This document shows, one piece after another, positions 46,127 through 56,301 of a DNA stretch of 64,000 nucleotides. Origin of the DNA: Rickettsiales bacterium (GTDB lineage: Bacteria; Pseudomonadota; Alphaproteobacteria; Rickettsiales; UBA998); NCBI GenBank assembly GCA_965248995.1, contig CBDFKY010000005.1, forward strand, positions 172,719 to 236,718. Direction: 5' to 3'. Position 1 is the stretch's first letter, and the number at the start of each line of letters is the position of its first letter. The translations under genes and the position numbers were made by a program. The notes beneath the pieces are model-generated. The model worked only from the letters and a program-made list of their open reading frames with translations, was not told the origin of the DNA and searched no databases.

Positions 46127-47527
46127 TTAAGACTCCTCGTAAAGCGGAAGGTAAATCACAAATACCGACCCCTGCCCCACGGTAGAATTAATGCTGATGG
46201 CACCCCGGTGGCGATTGAGAATCCCTTTTACGATCGCCAGCCCCAGTCCCGTCCCCCCGACCTGTCTCGTGCGGGCCGAGTCCACCCGGTAAAAACGCTC
46301 CGTCAGCCGGGCAAGATGTTCTTTAGGAATCCCTTCGCTCTGGTCACGCACGGAAAACATGACGGCGCGGCTGATATTACGCATCGTCTGATCCGAAGGC
46401 AGTTCCGTGGTAACACGGCTGCTGACCAGCACTTCCGTCGAAGGATTACCGTATTTGATGGCATTACCGATCAAGTTATGGACGATCTGCGCCAGTTCGT
46501 TCCGGTCCCCTTTCACGTGCGGCATATCATCCGGCACGTCGAGAACGACGCTCATCTGTTTTTCCTTCGCGGGCAGCTCGAAATACCGGGCTTCCGAACG
46601 GATCACCCGTACCAGATCCACCGGGTCCGTCGGGACGCTATGCGCGTTCATCTCAATCTTGGAAAGGGAAAGCAGATCGTTGATCAGCTGCCGCATCCGC
46701 TCCGCCTGTTCGGCCATGATTTCCAGGAACATGTCGATCGCCGGATCATCGTCCCGCGCCGGACCGCGGATGGTTTCGATCATACCGGAAATACTCGCCA
46801 GAGGCGTGCGGATTTCATGGCTGGCATTGGCGACGAAATCGGCCCGCATCTGCTCCACGCTTTTGAGTTCGGTGATGTCGTTCATGGTGATCACCACGCT
46901 GATGCTCCCCTTGGAAGAGATGGGAAACCGCTCGATAATCGCCAGGAAATCGCGCACCACCGGTTCTTCCATGCGAAATTCGATTTCCCGTCCGCGCAGA
47001 TCTTCCAGCACTCCCTCCACCGCTTCCGTCAGCGAATGATTAGGAATGACGCTGCTTAAGCGTCGTTTCGCCAGATTCTGGCCGAAAATGGCCCGTGCCG
47101 CGCGGTTGGTGCGGACGATCTGTTTGTTATCGTCGATCATGATGAGAATGTCGGGCAGCGTATCCACCAGGATTTCCCGCTCGGTAATCACCGTCTGCAT
47201 GTCGGAGCGCTTGCGTTCCCATAATGCCTGCAGGCTGGCCAGTGCGCCGGAAAGCTCGAACATCATGCTGATGACCATCAGTTTCGGCGGCACCACTTTC
47301 TTATCCTGCGCCAGCGCCCGGACATACTCGGTCAACGCCGCCATATTTTTCAAAAACGGATAGACGAAGAGCAACGTCGCGCAGATGATCAGCAGATAAC
47401 TGATCAGGAATACCGAAATATCGATCTGCCCGAGCAGCACCAGTCCTGCCAGTACCAGCAGCGGTGAGAGCGCCACCACCGCGGTGAATTTCAGCATGAC
47501 GGAGAGAGAAACGGAAGACCCTGACAT
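46127..47527 (-). CDS. membrane sensor histidine kinase (2 TM, PAS, HisKA, HATPase; PhoR-like architecture)
   Basis: H-box FVANASHEIRTPL, plus the N/G boxes IGNAIKYG, VRDQSEGIP and GGTGLGLAIVK. Confidence 0.85.
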   Translation of the reverse strand: MSGSSVSLSVMLKFTAVVALSPLLVLAGLVLLGQIDISVFLISYLLIICATLLFVYPFLKNMAALTEYVRALAQDKKVVPPKLMVISMMFELSGALASLQALWERKRSDMQTVITEREILVDTLPDILIMIDDNKQIVRTNRAARAIFGQNLAKRRLSSVIPNHSLTEAVEGVLEDLRGREIEFRMEEPVVRDFLAIIERFPISSKGSISVVITMNDITELKSVEQMRADFVANASHEIRTPLASISGMIETIRGPARDDDPAIDMFLEIMAEQAERMRQLINDLLSLSKIEMNAHSVPTDPVDLVRVIRSEARYFELPAKEKQMSVVLDVPDDMPHVKGDRNELAQIVHNLIGNAIKYGNPSTEVLVSSRVTTELPSDQTMRNISRAVMFSVRDQSEGIPKEHLARLTERFYRVDSARTRQVGGTGLGLAIVKGILNRHRGAISINSTVGQGSVFVIYLPLYEES

Positions 47528-47618
47528 GGCAATTATTGGATTAAATCATTTTTTACAGTAGGTTATGAATTATATAATAGATAACGCAGCATAAAGCGTT
47601 TATGGTGCAGTGCAACTA

Positions 47619-49508
47619 CTATATCGTTCTTTTTATCTTCGTTACGTGATGGGATGTCTTATCCCATTGATAAGGTGCGAAGATCAGCTGCCAGACGGAG
47701 CGTATGCTGGCGACGGCGTGGAGGCTGAAATAGAAAGGCCATGTGAGGATCGTAAGCCAGGAAGGAGCGTATTCACCGTCTTTTCTCATGACCAATGCAA
47801 AACCCCATTGCAGGATCAGGCTTGCACCTAACGTGAACCAGCATACCTGATGCACGAATACCGGAATATTCAGGGAAGGCGGCATGAAAAGCCACCAGAG
47901 CGCCGCCATCCATAGAAACGGTGAGATCACGTAACTGAACGACGCCGCGCCGATAAAAAAATGAATACCCCAGAATCCCGTATTCCCCAGTTCCAGCCTT
48001 CTTATACCGGGAGTCCGGGCGAGCACCGTCCACGTCTGGATATACCCTTTTATCCAGCGCGCCCGCTGTTTCAACCATGCGTTTATACGTATAGGGGCTT
48101 CTTCACGAGTAAGGGAAGGAAACGGCAGGGTAACATATCCCTCGCTGGCCAGGCGCACCCCTAAATCCGCATCTTCCGTAACGTTGTAGGCATCCCATGC
48201 GCCCAGCCCTTCCAACACGGAGCGCCGCAGGTGGTTACTTGTGCCACCGAGCGGAATAGGGATTTTCAAACTGAACAAAGCAGGCAGCATGACGTTGAAC
48301 AACATCGCATATTCCAGTGAAAACAACCGTGTCAGCAGATTTTCCCGGGCATTGTAGTAATTGAGGCAGGCCTGCAGGCAGGCGACTTCGGGGTATGCAC
48401 GAAATACGGCGACCGCGTGGCGCAGCTGGGAGGGAGCGGGATTATCCTCCGCGTCGTAAATAGCGACGAATTCTCCCTCGGCGAATTGCAGGGCGTAATT
48501 ACAGGCTTTTGGTTTGGTCTGCGGCAGAGAATACGGTACCGTTACCAGGTGAAACCGCGCATCGGGCCGCTCGGCGAGGATGGCGGCACGTGTCGCTAGA
48601 TCGTTCGACTCGGTAATCAGCTTGATATCCAAGCGGTCGGCAGGGTAATCGAGCGCTTTGAGGCTTTCCAGCAGATCGGGTACGGCTTTCGCCTCATCGT
48701 ACAAAGGCACCAGTATCGTATAGACCGGACAGTTGACATGGTCCGCCAGCGGGACGTCGCATTTTTGCATGATGCCAGAGCGGACATGCAAGCCCTTCCG
48801 TATCAATAGTAATTTAAATAACAGAATCGTGAGAAAAAATACTGAAAAAAGAAGGAGCAGCGCGCTTACCGCCACGGAAGGAAACATCCAGGCCATTACG
48901 ACGCCGCTCACCGCTGAAGCCCCGCGCAGCAACACACCGAACCGTAAAGGCGCCTTAGCCTCAAATTCCCTACGCAACGCATAATGCGGCAGTTCCCGGC
49001 ATAACGTTTCACTCGCTTTTTCACTGAAATGCGCGCCGAAAACCCTCTCCAGCGTCCATTGAATATCTCTCGGTGAGGTAAGCAGTAAAGTAACGTCCTC
49101 TCCAAAAATTCTGTTTTCCTGACGTTCAAATCGTTTTATGTCAGTGGTCGCCACCATTAACGTGCCACCTGCCCGCCGGTAGGGAATCGCCTGAAGGCGC
49201 TGATACGTCGGCAGATGCCCTGCTTCCAGCAACGCCCCGTCCGGTGGATCGCTTACTAAATCCACCAGCGGTATTTTCTGCTGTTTCGCGAGAACACGAT
49301 ACAGTGAAAGCACGGATAATTTTCCGTTTTTCGTTAGAATCTCTCCGATTCTGCCCCCATGAAGACGCTGAATGTCCAATGCCTCTTTAAGTGTCTTTTC
49401 TGAAATCAATCCTTCATGAATCAGCCACTCTCCGATTGGTGGCGAAAGCGCTTCGCGCTTCAGCATATCTATCGTTTCGGAGAAAGGGAAAGCTATAAGC
49501 TGATCCAT
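47619..49508 (-). CDS. processive family-2 glycosyltransferase (polysaccharide synthase) with an N-terminal MshEN/T2SS-E-N domain
   Basis: GT2 blocks LVPLYDE, YDAEDNP, VTEDADLG and KQRARWIKG (D, DxD, TED, QRxRW), plus C-terminal TM helices. The N-terminus carries two 24-aa MshEN motifs. The start could alternatively be at 49466. Confidence 0.75.
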   Translation of the reverse strand: MDQLIAFPFSETIDMLKREALSPPIGEWLIHEGLISEKTLKEALDIQRLHGGRIGEILTKNGKLSVLSLYRVLAKQQKIPLVDLVSDPPDGALLEAGHLPTYQRLQAIPYRRAGGTLMVATTDIKRFERQENRIFGEDVTLLLTSPRDIQWTLERVFGAHFSEKASETLCRELPHYALRREFEAKAPLRFGVLLRGASAVSGVVMAWMFPSVAVSALLLLFSVFFLTILLFKLLLIRKGLHVRSGIMQKCDVPLADHVNCPVYTILVPLYDEAKAVPDLLESLKALDYPADRLDIKLITESNDLATRAAILAERPDARFHLVTVPYSLPQTKPKACNYALQFAEGEFVAIYDAEDNPAPSQLRHAVAVFRAYPEVACLQACLNYYNARENLLTRLFSLEYAMLFNVMLPALFSLKIPIPLGGTSNHLRRSVLEGLGAWDAYNVTEDADLGVRLASEGYVTLPFPSLTREEAPIRINAWLKQRARWIKGYIQTWTVLARTPGIRRLELGNTGFWGIHFFIGAASFSYVISPFLWMAALWWLFMPPSLNIPVFVHQVCWFTLGASLILQWGFALVMRKDGEYAPSWLTILTWPFYFSLHAVASIRSVWQLIFAPYQWDKTSHHVTKIKRTI

Positions 49509-50353
49509 ACCGATAGCAACCCTCCTCCCCCTGCTCCCGTATTGCGGCCGGCCACGTGGTCGAATATTCCGCCCTGCAATCTGACACGGTCATTTACCTT
49601 GTATACCGCGGAAAGTTGCGCTTTGGTCAGATCATAATCGTTCTGACCCGTAATAGTCGTCGTCGCCAGGTGAATGCCGGTAGCCGAAATGGTGGTATCC
49701 AGTTCAGGCAGCAGCGTCCAGTCATCATCAAGTGACAGGCCCACACCTGCGTGAAGGCGATACTGATCGCCGAGCCCATCCCCGCGAACGCGGTATCCGG
49801 CGCTTAAATCCGCAAAATGCATCCGGCCAAGGAGAGAAAAGTTCAGGCCGCCCATCGCATCTGCGCCCCACTCGAACGCATCGGCAATTGCCGATCCTTC
49901 CGAGTGGGTCACATAATATCCCGGAAGCGAAACGACGGGTTGCAGCGAAAAAACGTAGGCATCATCGCGATACAGCTGGCTGCGCAGGAACAACTCCGTA
50001 CGGCGCAGGCCCGAGAGCTCTATTTTGCTGGACATCGGCGCGGATTCTTCAAACGCCGTGTAAGCATTCGCGCGGGACACGTCGGAAGAACGGCTGACGA
50101 ACAGCGAGACTCCCGCCGTCAGGTCGTTCGTCACCCCATATTCGCTGTAGACGTTGACTTCCTGCTTATTGAAACGACCGAGCTTGTCTCTCCTGTCGCC
50201 GTTACCCGAGAAATACGCGACCGTCGCATAACTTCGGTACGTGACGATATACTGCTGTTTTCCTTTCTCCAACGTCCATGCGCCGCCGTAAGCGTCGCTC
50301 ACCATCAATCCAAGGATCAGGCACGCCGTATATCTGAGAAGCGCACACCTCAT
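49493..50353 (-). CDS. putative outer-membrane beta-barrel protein
   Basis: Signal peptide (CLILGLMVSDAYG) with alternating beta-strand-like composition throughout. It overlaps the synthase start by 16 nt. Confidence 0.5.
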   Translation of the reverse strand: MRCALLRYTACLILGLMVSDAYGGAWTLEKGKQQYIVTYRSYATVAYFSGNGDRRDKLGRFNKQEVNVYSEYGVTNDLTAGVSLFVSRSSDVSRANAYTAFEESAPMSSKIELSGLRRTELFLRSQLYRDDAYVFSLQPVVSLPGYYVTHSEGSAIADAFEWGADAMGGLNFSLLGRMHFADLSAGYRVRGDGLGDQYRLHAGVGLSLDDDWTLLPELDTTISATGIHLATTTITGQNDYDLTKAQLSAVYKVNDRVRLQGGIFDHVAGRNTGAGGGGLLSVWISL

Positions 50354-50361
50354 GAAAACGC

Positions 50362-50844
50362 CTAGTGGACGATGCGGTTTACGTCTTTCAGCGCAAGCTG
50401 GATAAGCGTGTCATCCGCCTCCTGGTTCAGTTTATCGATAATGATTTGCCGGGCCGCTTCCAGCGCCACGTCCACCACCTGCCGCTGCACGTCCTGGACG
50501 GCGCGCTCCTCCGCCCGGCGGATCTTGTCGTTCGCTGCGGTCATGCGTGTTTCTATGGCGGCTTTCAGCGTTGATTCGGCTTCCCGATACATCGCTTCCA
50601 CCGTCGCTTCCGCATGGCGAAGCATTTCGGCGGACTCCGCTTCAACTTCCCGATATTTCTGTTCGTACTCCGCCAGCATGGTCTGCGCTTCCTCACGCAG
50701 CCGGATGGCTTCAGAGAGCTCATGTTCGATGCGGGCGGCGCGTGCGTCCAGCGTTTTTGTCAAAAAACGCGCAAAGGGTTTATAGCAAAACGCGATAAAC
50801 AGGAAAAATGAAATTGCTACGACTAACGGTTCATCCAGTCTCAT
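50362..50844 (-). CDS. atpF: F0F1 ATP synthase subunit b
   Basis: 160 aa, with an N-terminal TM helix and a long charged helix. It occupies the last position of atpI-B-E-F'-F. Confidence 0.8.
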   Translation of the reverse strand: MRLDEPLVVAISFFLFIAFCYKPFARFLTKTLDARAARIEHELSEAIRLREEAQTMLAEYEQKYREVEAESAEMLRHAEATVEAMYREAESTLKAAIETRMTAANDKIRRAEERAVQDVQRQVVDVALEAARQIIIDKLNQEADDTLIQLALKDVNRIVH

Positions 50845-50868
50845 GAGACTCCTCGCATATTCTTTATA

Positions 50869-51486
50869 TTAGCCTGTTTTACGATGTGAAGCCAGTGCTG
50901 ATTGCAGGGTAGCCACATCAGGTGTTTTACCTGTCAGTTCCTGAACAAGGCGTTCCGCCAACCCTTCCGCGAAAGGCAACATCTCTTCCAGAAAATGCTT
51001 CCTGCGTTCTTTTACGACCGCTTCGGCGTTTTGCAGCAGGGCGATGACCTGTGCGTCCGCCTGCCCCAGTTCCTTTTCCTGGCGAAGGCGCTGTGCCTGC
51101 AAAGCTCCGGTTATGCGCTCGGCAGCGGTTTCCCTGGCCCGCCGATGCATTTCGGCGTAAGCATGTTCCGCCTTTGCCGCGTCTTCCGAAAATTTTTCCG
51201 CTGCGACAAGATCACGTTCGATACGGCTCTTACGCTTTTCCAGCACAGTTTCGATCGAAGGCAGGGCCGATTTCGCCAGCAGGCGGTAAAGCAGGAAAAA
51301 TGCGATCAGCAACCAGAGTATCTGCGAAGGAAACGTGCTGACGTCCAGTTGCGGCATCCCCGTTTTTTCATGAGGCACCGTGTTCACTTCGCCGCCCGCA
51401 TGGTATGACGCATCGCTTTTTTTAAGCAATGCGTCTACCGCGCTCGTTACCGGTGGTTCGGAATGATGGTGCGTCTCATGAGGCAT
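50869..51486 (-). CDS. F0F1 ATP synthase subunit b'
   Basis: A second b-type subunit, as in the alphaproteobacterial arrangement. The start is set at the internal ATG (MPHETHHH). Confidence 0.75.
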   Translation of the reverse strand: MPHETHHHSEPPVTSAVDALLKKSDASYHAGGEVNTVPHEKTGMPQLDVSTFPSQILWLLIAFFLLYRLLAKSALPSIETVLEKRKSRIERDLVAAEKFSEDAAKAEHAYAEMHRRARETAAERITGALQAQRLRQEKELGQADAQVIALLQNAEAVVKERRKHFLEEMLPFAEGLAERLVQELTGKTPDVATLQSALASHRKTG

Positions 51487-51508
51487 GGATATTTCCCGGG
51501 ACGGCTGC

Positions 51509-51736
51509 TTAAGCGACGAAAATAAGCAGTAGCGCAACGATCAGTGAAAACAGGCCCATCGCCTCGGAAAGCCCCGCGCCGACATAGATATATTTCGCCA
51601 GTTTCGATTCAGCCGACGGGTTGCGGGCGATCCCGTTCAGCATCGCCACGAAAATGTTCGCCACGCCGAGCGCGGCACCGAGCATGCCGAACGCCATTAG
51701 ACCCACACCGATATATTTTAACGATTCCCCTTCCAT
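51509..51736 (-). CDS. atpE: F0F1 ATP synthase subunit c
   Basis: 75-aa hairpin proteolipid ([18 protein letters not shown]...[19 protein letters not shown]). Confidence 0.9.
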   Translation of the reverse strand: MEGESLKYIGVGLMAFGMLGAALGVANIFVAMLNGIARNPSAESKLAKYIYVGAGLSEAMGLFSLIVALLLIFVA

Positions 51737-51774
51737 GTCTTCACTCCTTAAGATGTTAATTAAAATGTTATTAG

Positions 51775-52512
51775 TTAATGCAAATGCAGCGCATCGTGCA
51801 GATACACGCAGGTTAAGACGGTAAAGATATAGGCCTGCAATATCGCAATCCCGATTTCAAAACCGGTCAAGACCACCAGCAGCGCCAGCGGCACCACTCC
51901 GGCGATGCCGAGCATGATGACGAAACTCGCGATCACTTTCAGCATGGTATGCCCGGCCATGATGTTGGCAGCCAGACGAATGGACAGGCTGACCGGGCGG
52001 GCAAGGTAAGCGAACAGTTCGATCAGGTACATCATCGGCGCCATCCACCACGGCGTCCCTTCCGGCAGGAAGAACATCAGGAATTTCGTGCCGTGTTTCA
52101 CGAAGGCAAGCACGGTGACGCCGAGGAATACGATGATCGCCAGGACGAACGTCACGATGATATGGCTGGTCGGCGTGAAGGAATACGGGATCATGCCGAG
52201 CAGGTTGCACATCAGGATGAACATGAAGAGCGAGAAGATCAGCGGGAAATACGGCTTGCCTTTCGCCCCGACATTGTCACGCACCGTGGCGGCGATGAAT
52301 TCGTACGTCATTTCCACGACGGACTGAAAGCGGTTGGGCACCATGGTCGCCCCGCGTATCCCGAAGCTTAGAAAACCGTAAGCGCAGAAGGTGGCGAGCA
52401 TCATGAACAGGGATGCGTTGGTGAAATCAAACGTATAGCCGCCGATTTCCGGCAGCCTAATCAGCGTTTTAACGGTGAATTGCTCTAAGGGTGAATGGTG
52501 CCCGCCCGCCAT
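51775..52512 (-). CDS. atpB: F0F1 ATP synthase subunit a
   Basis: The [19 protein letters not shown] motif with the conserved Arg. Confidence 0.9.
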   Translation of the reverse strand: MAGGHHSPLEQFTVKTLIRLPEIGGYTFDFTNASLFMMLATFCAYGFLSFGIRGATMVPNRFQSVVEMTYEFIAATVRDNVGAKGKPYFPLIFSLFMFILMCNLLGMIPYSFTPTSHIIVTFVLAIIVFLGVTVLAFVKHGTKFLMFFLPEGTPWWMAPMMYLIELFAYLARPVSLSIRLAANIMAGHTMLKVIASFVIMLGIAGVVPLALLVVLTGFEIGIAILQAYIFTVLTCVYLHDALHLH

Positions 52513-52568
52513 GTGCTATATATGATCCTATGATTTTCTGTTCGCCCATGTGCTTAAGCAATCACGCG

Positions 52569-52883
52569 TCATTTGTCCAGCATTTCGTTTGCGTCAGCTT
52601 CAGATTTTTCCAGTTGGGCCGTGAATGCGTCATTCACGCGCCTGATGGTGACATATCCGGCGGCGATGCCGAGCAGCAGGCAGATCAGCAGGAAAACCGG
52701 CGACGATCCCAGGGCTTTGTCAATAAACCACCCGATCACGCCGCCTGTGGTGACGGCTGCGATCAGTTCGATAGCGATCCGCAGAACCATTCCGCCCTGG
52801 GACGGTGGTCCCGCTTCCTCTGGTTGACGATGTTTTTCCCGGATGGTTTTCGCTTCCGCGGCGATTTCCTCAGGCGTGCTCAT
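52569..52883 (-). CDS. atpI: AtpI/AtpZ-type ATP synthase protein I
   Basis: A small two-TM protein directly upstream of atpB. Confidence 0.65.
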   Translation of the reverse strand: MSTPEEIAAEAKTIREKHRQPEEAGPPSQGGMVLRIAIELIAAVTTGGVIGWFIDKALGSSPVFLLICLLLGIAAGYVTIRRVNDAFTAQLEKSEADANEMLDK

Positions 52884-53146
52884 GAAGCCTGGCGCAGCAG
52901 CGGATCGAGTTTGCCCTGCCTGTCGAGGGCATTCAAATCATCAAAACCCCCTACGTGCGTGGAGCCGATAAAAATCTGCGGGACGGTTTTGCGGCCGCCG
53001 GAACGCTCCAGCATTTCTTCACGCAGACTGTCGTCACGGGAAATATCCATTTCCTCAATGTCGCTGACTCCTTTCATCTTAAGCAGGGCGAGCGCCCGCT
53101 GGCAATAAGGACAGGAAGGGGTTTTATATATTTTTACAGGTGACAT
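52880..53146 (-). CDS. grxC: glutaredoxin 3
   Basis: CPYC active site, TVPQIFI and GGFDD. The stop overlaps the atpI start (ATGA). Confidence 0.85.
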   Translation of the reverse strand: MSPVKIYKTPSCPYCQRALALLKMKGVSDIEEMDISRDDSLREEMLERSGGRKTVPQIFIGSTHVGGFDDLNALDRQGKLDPLLRQAS

Positions 53147-53172
53147 GAGCTACTCCGGCAGTTTACACCACC

Positions 53173-53877
53173 CTACTGCCGCACCGCCGCCGCCTCAAGC
53201 ATTTTCTGATCTTCGAGCGGCTTACCCTCGTAACGGGTTTCCGGCTGCGCATGGGTGCGGGTGCTGGGCGATTCCCTCATTTCCGGCGCATTTTTCTGAA
53301 TGAGTACGGTCGGCTCCGGTGTAATTCCGCCCACGGCCGCCGGTACCGTACCGTTCGTATTCGCCGCACCGGCGATCATGGCCTGCTGCTGTTCCTGATG
53401 CAGTTCCTTGATGGCGTCCTTGAATGCCGACTTGACTTCCTGCCCTACCGACTGGGAGATAGCAGGGGCCAGCTCTCTCGTCGTGCTGCGCGCATTCAGA
53501 TCGGCATTGGTTTCATTGACGTTCATCCAGTTGCGGCCCTGGGATTTGAAACTGACATACGCGGCAGCGAGAGACGCGGTTGCCAATGCGACACCGACGG
53601 CCCCTAATAACGGCAGACCAAACGATCCTGCTGCGGCCGCTTTTACCAGCGTGCCCGTCACACCTCCCATTAATACCGCCGACATCACCATGGTGAGGAT
53701 TTCGCTGGCCTTGCCCCACATGAAATGCTTTTCGCTCTGCCGCAGGTTATGCTCCGCCTGCTCACGGTAGCGGGAATCGGTTTCGCGGCCTTCCGGCAAC
53801 ACCGGGTCGCTGAAATGGTCGGCTTTTTGCCGAACCTTCGAGACCGCCTCCGTTAAAAAATTTCTGACCAAGGGCAT
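53173..53877 (-). CDS. hypothetical membrane protein
   Basis: ORF with two Gly/Ala-rich TM helices. I do not recognise a family. Confidence 0.4.
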   Translation of the reverse strand: MPLVRNFLTEAVSKVRQKADHFSDPVLPEGRETDSRYREQAEHNLRQSEKHFMWGKASEILTMVMSAVLMGGVTGTLVKAAAAGSFGLPLLGAVGVALATASLAAAYVSFKSQGRNWMNVNETNADLNARSTTRELAPAISQSVGQEVKSAFKDAIKELHQEQQQAMIAGAANTNGTVPAAVGGITPEPTVLIQKNAPEMRESPSTRTHAQPETRYEGKPLEDQKMLEAAAVRQ

Positions 53878-53972
53878 AGTAATTCCAATGTGTATTCCAT
53901 CACTCTTTTTCAGGATACCATATCGGCAATCAAAAAAGGTGAATATTTAATGACAATTAAGGATGATCCTGC

Positions 53973-54809
53973 TTATGCCGGATCGAAACCAAAGGTTTTT
54001 AAGATATGCCATGCCTCTTCAGAAGCAAGGTAGGTCAGGAACCGGCGTGAGCTGTCCATCTCATCACCGACGATTACCACACCCTGATAGAGTATGGGCG
54101 GATGGTCTTTCGGTTTGAACACGCTCATTTCCTTGATGTCCGGAAACAGCAGCGCGTCGCTGCGAAAGGTGATACCCATCGAATGATAACGGCTGATCGT
54201 GTCCGTTATCTGGTAACTGGTATGCAGGCGGAGGACGTAAGGTGCCAGTATGTCCGACAAATGGTGAGTATGCAACGCGGCTTCGGCATAATTTCCTTCG
54301 GCGGTATCCCCGGCGTCACCGATAATGAACGTAAATCCATCTGGATGATCGGTGAATGCGCCGATAGCGTGCGCCGCCTGGATATCCACGCTCTGCAGCT
54401 CGAATTCCGAACCTGCCAGCACCAGACGGTTGCGGGCGATGTTTTTCCGGGAATAAATATCGATCAGCCCTTTCTGCTGGAGATCGTCCACCCATTCCGG
54501 ACGGGCCGCCAACAGTATCCCGGCCTCAGCACCCTTTTCAATCTGGGCGATCTGCTCTTTCGTCGAGTTGAAACTGGTGGAGACAGACAGATGGTGGTCC
54601 AGCGCATATCGCCTGGCGATCAGGGTGATCGGCACCCTCAGACTGGGGTCCGCCATAATGGTCAGCGTCTGCATGGGTGCGCCTTCCGCCGTCGATTGTG
54701 TAAAGGCATAGAAGATCAGGCACGTGCAGGCAAAAGCAACTTGTACCATTCGCCTGTAAAAAGACGTTGTTGCCGGAATACGGAGCAAGATTTTTTCCCC
54801 TTTTTCCAT
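53973..54809 (-). CDS. periplasmic substrate-binding protein (ModA/molybdate-binding-like family)
   Basis: Signal peptide, then LTIMADPSLRVPITLIARRY...FNSTKEQIAQIEKGAEAGILLAA, resembling type-II SBPs of the ModA group. Confidence 0.5.
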   Translation of the reverse strand: MEKGEKILLRIPATTSFYRRMVQVAFACTCLIFYAFTQSTAEGAPMQTLTIMADPSLRVPITLIARRYALDHHLSVSTSFNSTKEQIAQIEKGAEAGILLAARPEWVDDLQQKGLIDIYSRKNIARNRLVLAGSEFELQSVDIQAAHAIGAFTDHPDGFTFIIGDAGDTAEGNYAEAALHTHHLSDILAPYVLRLHTSYQITDTISRYHSMGITFRSDALLFPDIKEMSVFKPKDHPPILYQGVVIVGDEMDSSRRFLTYLASEEAWHILKTFGFDPA

Positions 54810-54810
54810 C

Positions 54811-55011
54811 TTAGCGATTCTGCTGCAGTTTTCGCAGTTTCTTCACCGCCTGCGATGCCAGATATTCTTTCGGATAGCGTGCATCTCCCATGATGCTGAC
54901 CTCTTCGTACGTCACGGGATCCACGGCGGATACTTTCACGTAACGTCCCTGAACGCGGTATTCGATGATAACGTCCGCAGGATCGAACGGGAGTGAGCCG
55001 CGCATGGTCAC
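54811..55011 (-). CDS. small conserved hypothetical protein (66 aa)
   Basis: Tightly packed between the CorC-type gene and the SBP gene, with overlapping or abutting stops and starts. Confidence 0.45.
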   Translation of the reverse strand: MTMRGSLPFDPADVIIEYRVQGRYVKVSAVDPVTYEEVSIMGDARYPKEYLASQAVKKLRKLQQNR

Positions 55012-56297
55012 CCTTCGCTTTCCTGTTCGCTCAAACGCTCGATCACCAGTTGCAGGATCTGGTTGGCGCGTTTGTCTTCCACCGTGAAACGGTAGCCATG
55101 AAACACGAAGCTGGCCCCTTTTTCCGGAATATGACGCGTTTCATGCATCAGCAACCCGCCGACCGTGGCCGCTTCCTCGTCGGGCAGTCCCCAGTCCAGC
55201 AGGCGGTTGATGTCGCGTATCGTCATGGTGCCTTTGACACGGTAGGCATGGTCACCGATTTTTTTCACGCCCGACGCCACCGCGATATCATGTTCATCGA
55301 CGATATCGCCGACGATTTCCTCCAGAATGTCTTCCAGCGTGATGATTCCCTCACAGGCCCCGTATTCATTCACCACGATGGCGAAATGGCGGTTGTTCTG
55401 GCGAAATGCCAGCAGCTGCTCATTGAGCAGCGTGGATTCGGGGACGAACCAGGGCGGAGAGAGCAATGCCAGAATTTCGGCATGCTCCACCTTTTTATCA
55501 TTGCGGGCGATCAGGCGCATGACGTCCCTTATATGCAGTATCCCGATAATGTTGTCCTGCTGTTCCCGCCAGAGCGGCAGGCGGCTGCGCGAGGAACGCA
55601 CCACCTGCTGGATGATTTCATGAACCGATCCGTCCGCGTCGATGATTTCCATCTGCTTACGGTGGGTCATCACGTCACTGACGCTCACTTCGCTCAGATC
55701 CAAGATTGACCCGAGCATGTCGCGCGAATGCTTCAGCACCTCCCCTTCCTGATGGTGCAGCTCGATGGTGCCGCGAATCGCTTCCGAGGCGGACACCAGC
55801 GAATCATTTCCGGAAATATCGACGCCGAGCAACCGGAACATGATCTTGATGAACCAGTGAATGCTTTGCGTAATGGGGGAAAGCAACCGCACCAGCGGTG
55901 CGAGCACGGGAGCGGCGAACAGTGCCATGCGTTCGGCATTCTGGATAGCGAAGGTTTTGGGGAGGATTTCACAGAATATCAGTACGAGTACGGTCAGGAC
56001 GATGGTGGCGTAAATCAGCCCGTCCTGACCCAGCAGGTTGATGGACAGGGAAGTACCGACCGCCGTCGCCATGATATTGAGCAGGGTATAGCTGAGTAGT
56101 ACGGTCCCCAGCAGGTCTTCCTTCTTGTCCTGCAGGGCGTTGACTTTATGGGCGCGCTTGTTTCCTTCCTTGAGCAGCTTGTAGATCCGGGCGCGGGAGA
56201 CAGCGGTAAGGCCGGTTTCCGCCGCGGAGAAAAACGCGGAGAGGACGAGCAGAACGAAAATCGCGCAGGCATCGAACATCCAGGGGGCGGTCTCCAT
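55008..56297 (-). CDS. HlyC/CorC-family transporter (DUF21 - CBS pair - CorC_HlyC)
   Basis: N-terminal TM DUF21 region, a CBS pair and a C-terminal transporter-associated domain. The start is set at METAPW (alternative 56342). Confidence 0.8.
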   Translation of the reverse strand: METAPWMFDACAIFVLLVLSAFFSAAETGLTAVSRARIYKLLKEGNKRAHKVNALQDKKEDLLGTVLLSYTLLNIMATAVGTSLSINLLGQDGLIYATIVLTVLVLIFCEILPKTFAIQNAERMALFAAPVLAPLVRLLSPITQSIHWFIKIMFRLLGVDISGNDSLVSASEAIRGTIELHHQEGEVLKHSRDMLGSILDLSEVSVSDVMTHRKQMEIIDADGSVHEIIQQVVRSSRSRLPLWREQQDNIIGILHIRDVMRLIARNDKKVEHAEILALLSPPWFVPESTLLNEQLLAFRQNNRHFAIVVNEYGACEGIITLEDILEEIVGDIVDEHDIAVASGVKKIGDHAYRVKGTMTIRDINRLLDWGLPDEEAATVGGLLMHETRHIPEKGASFVFHGYRFTVEDKRANQILQLVIERLSEQESEG

Positions 56298-56301
56298 GAT
56301 C

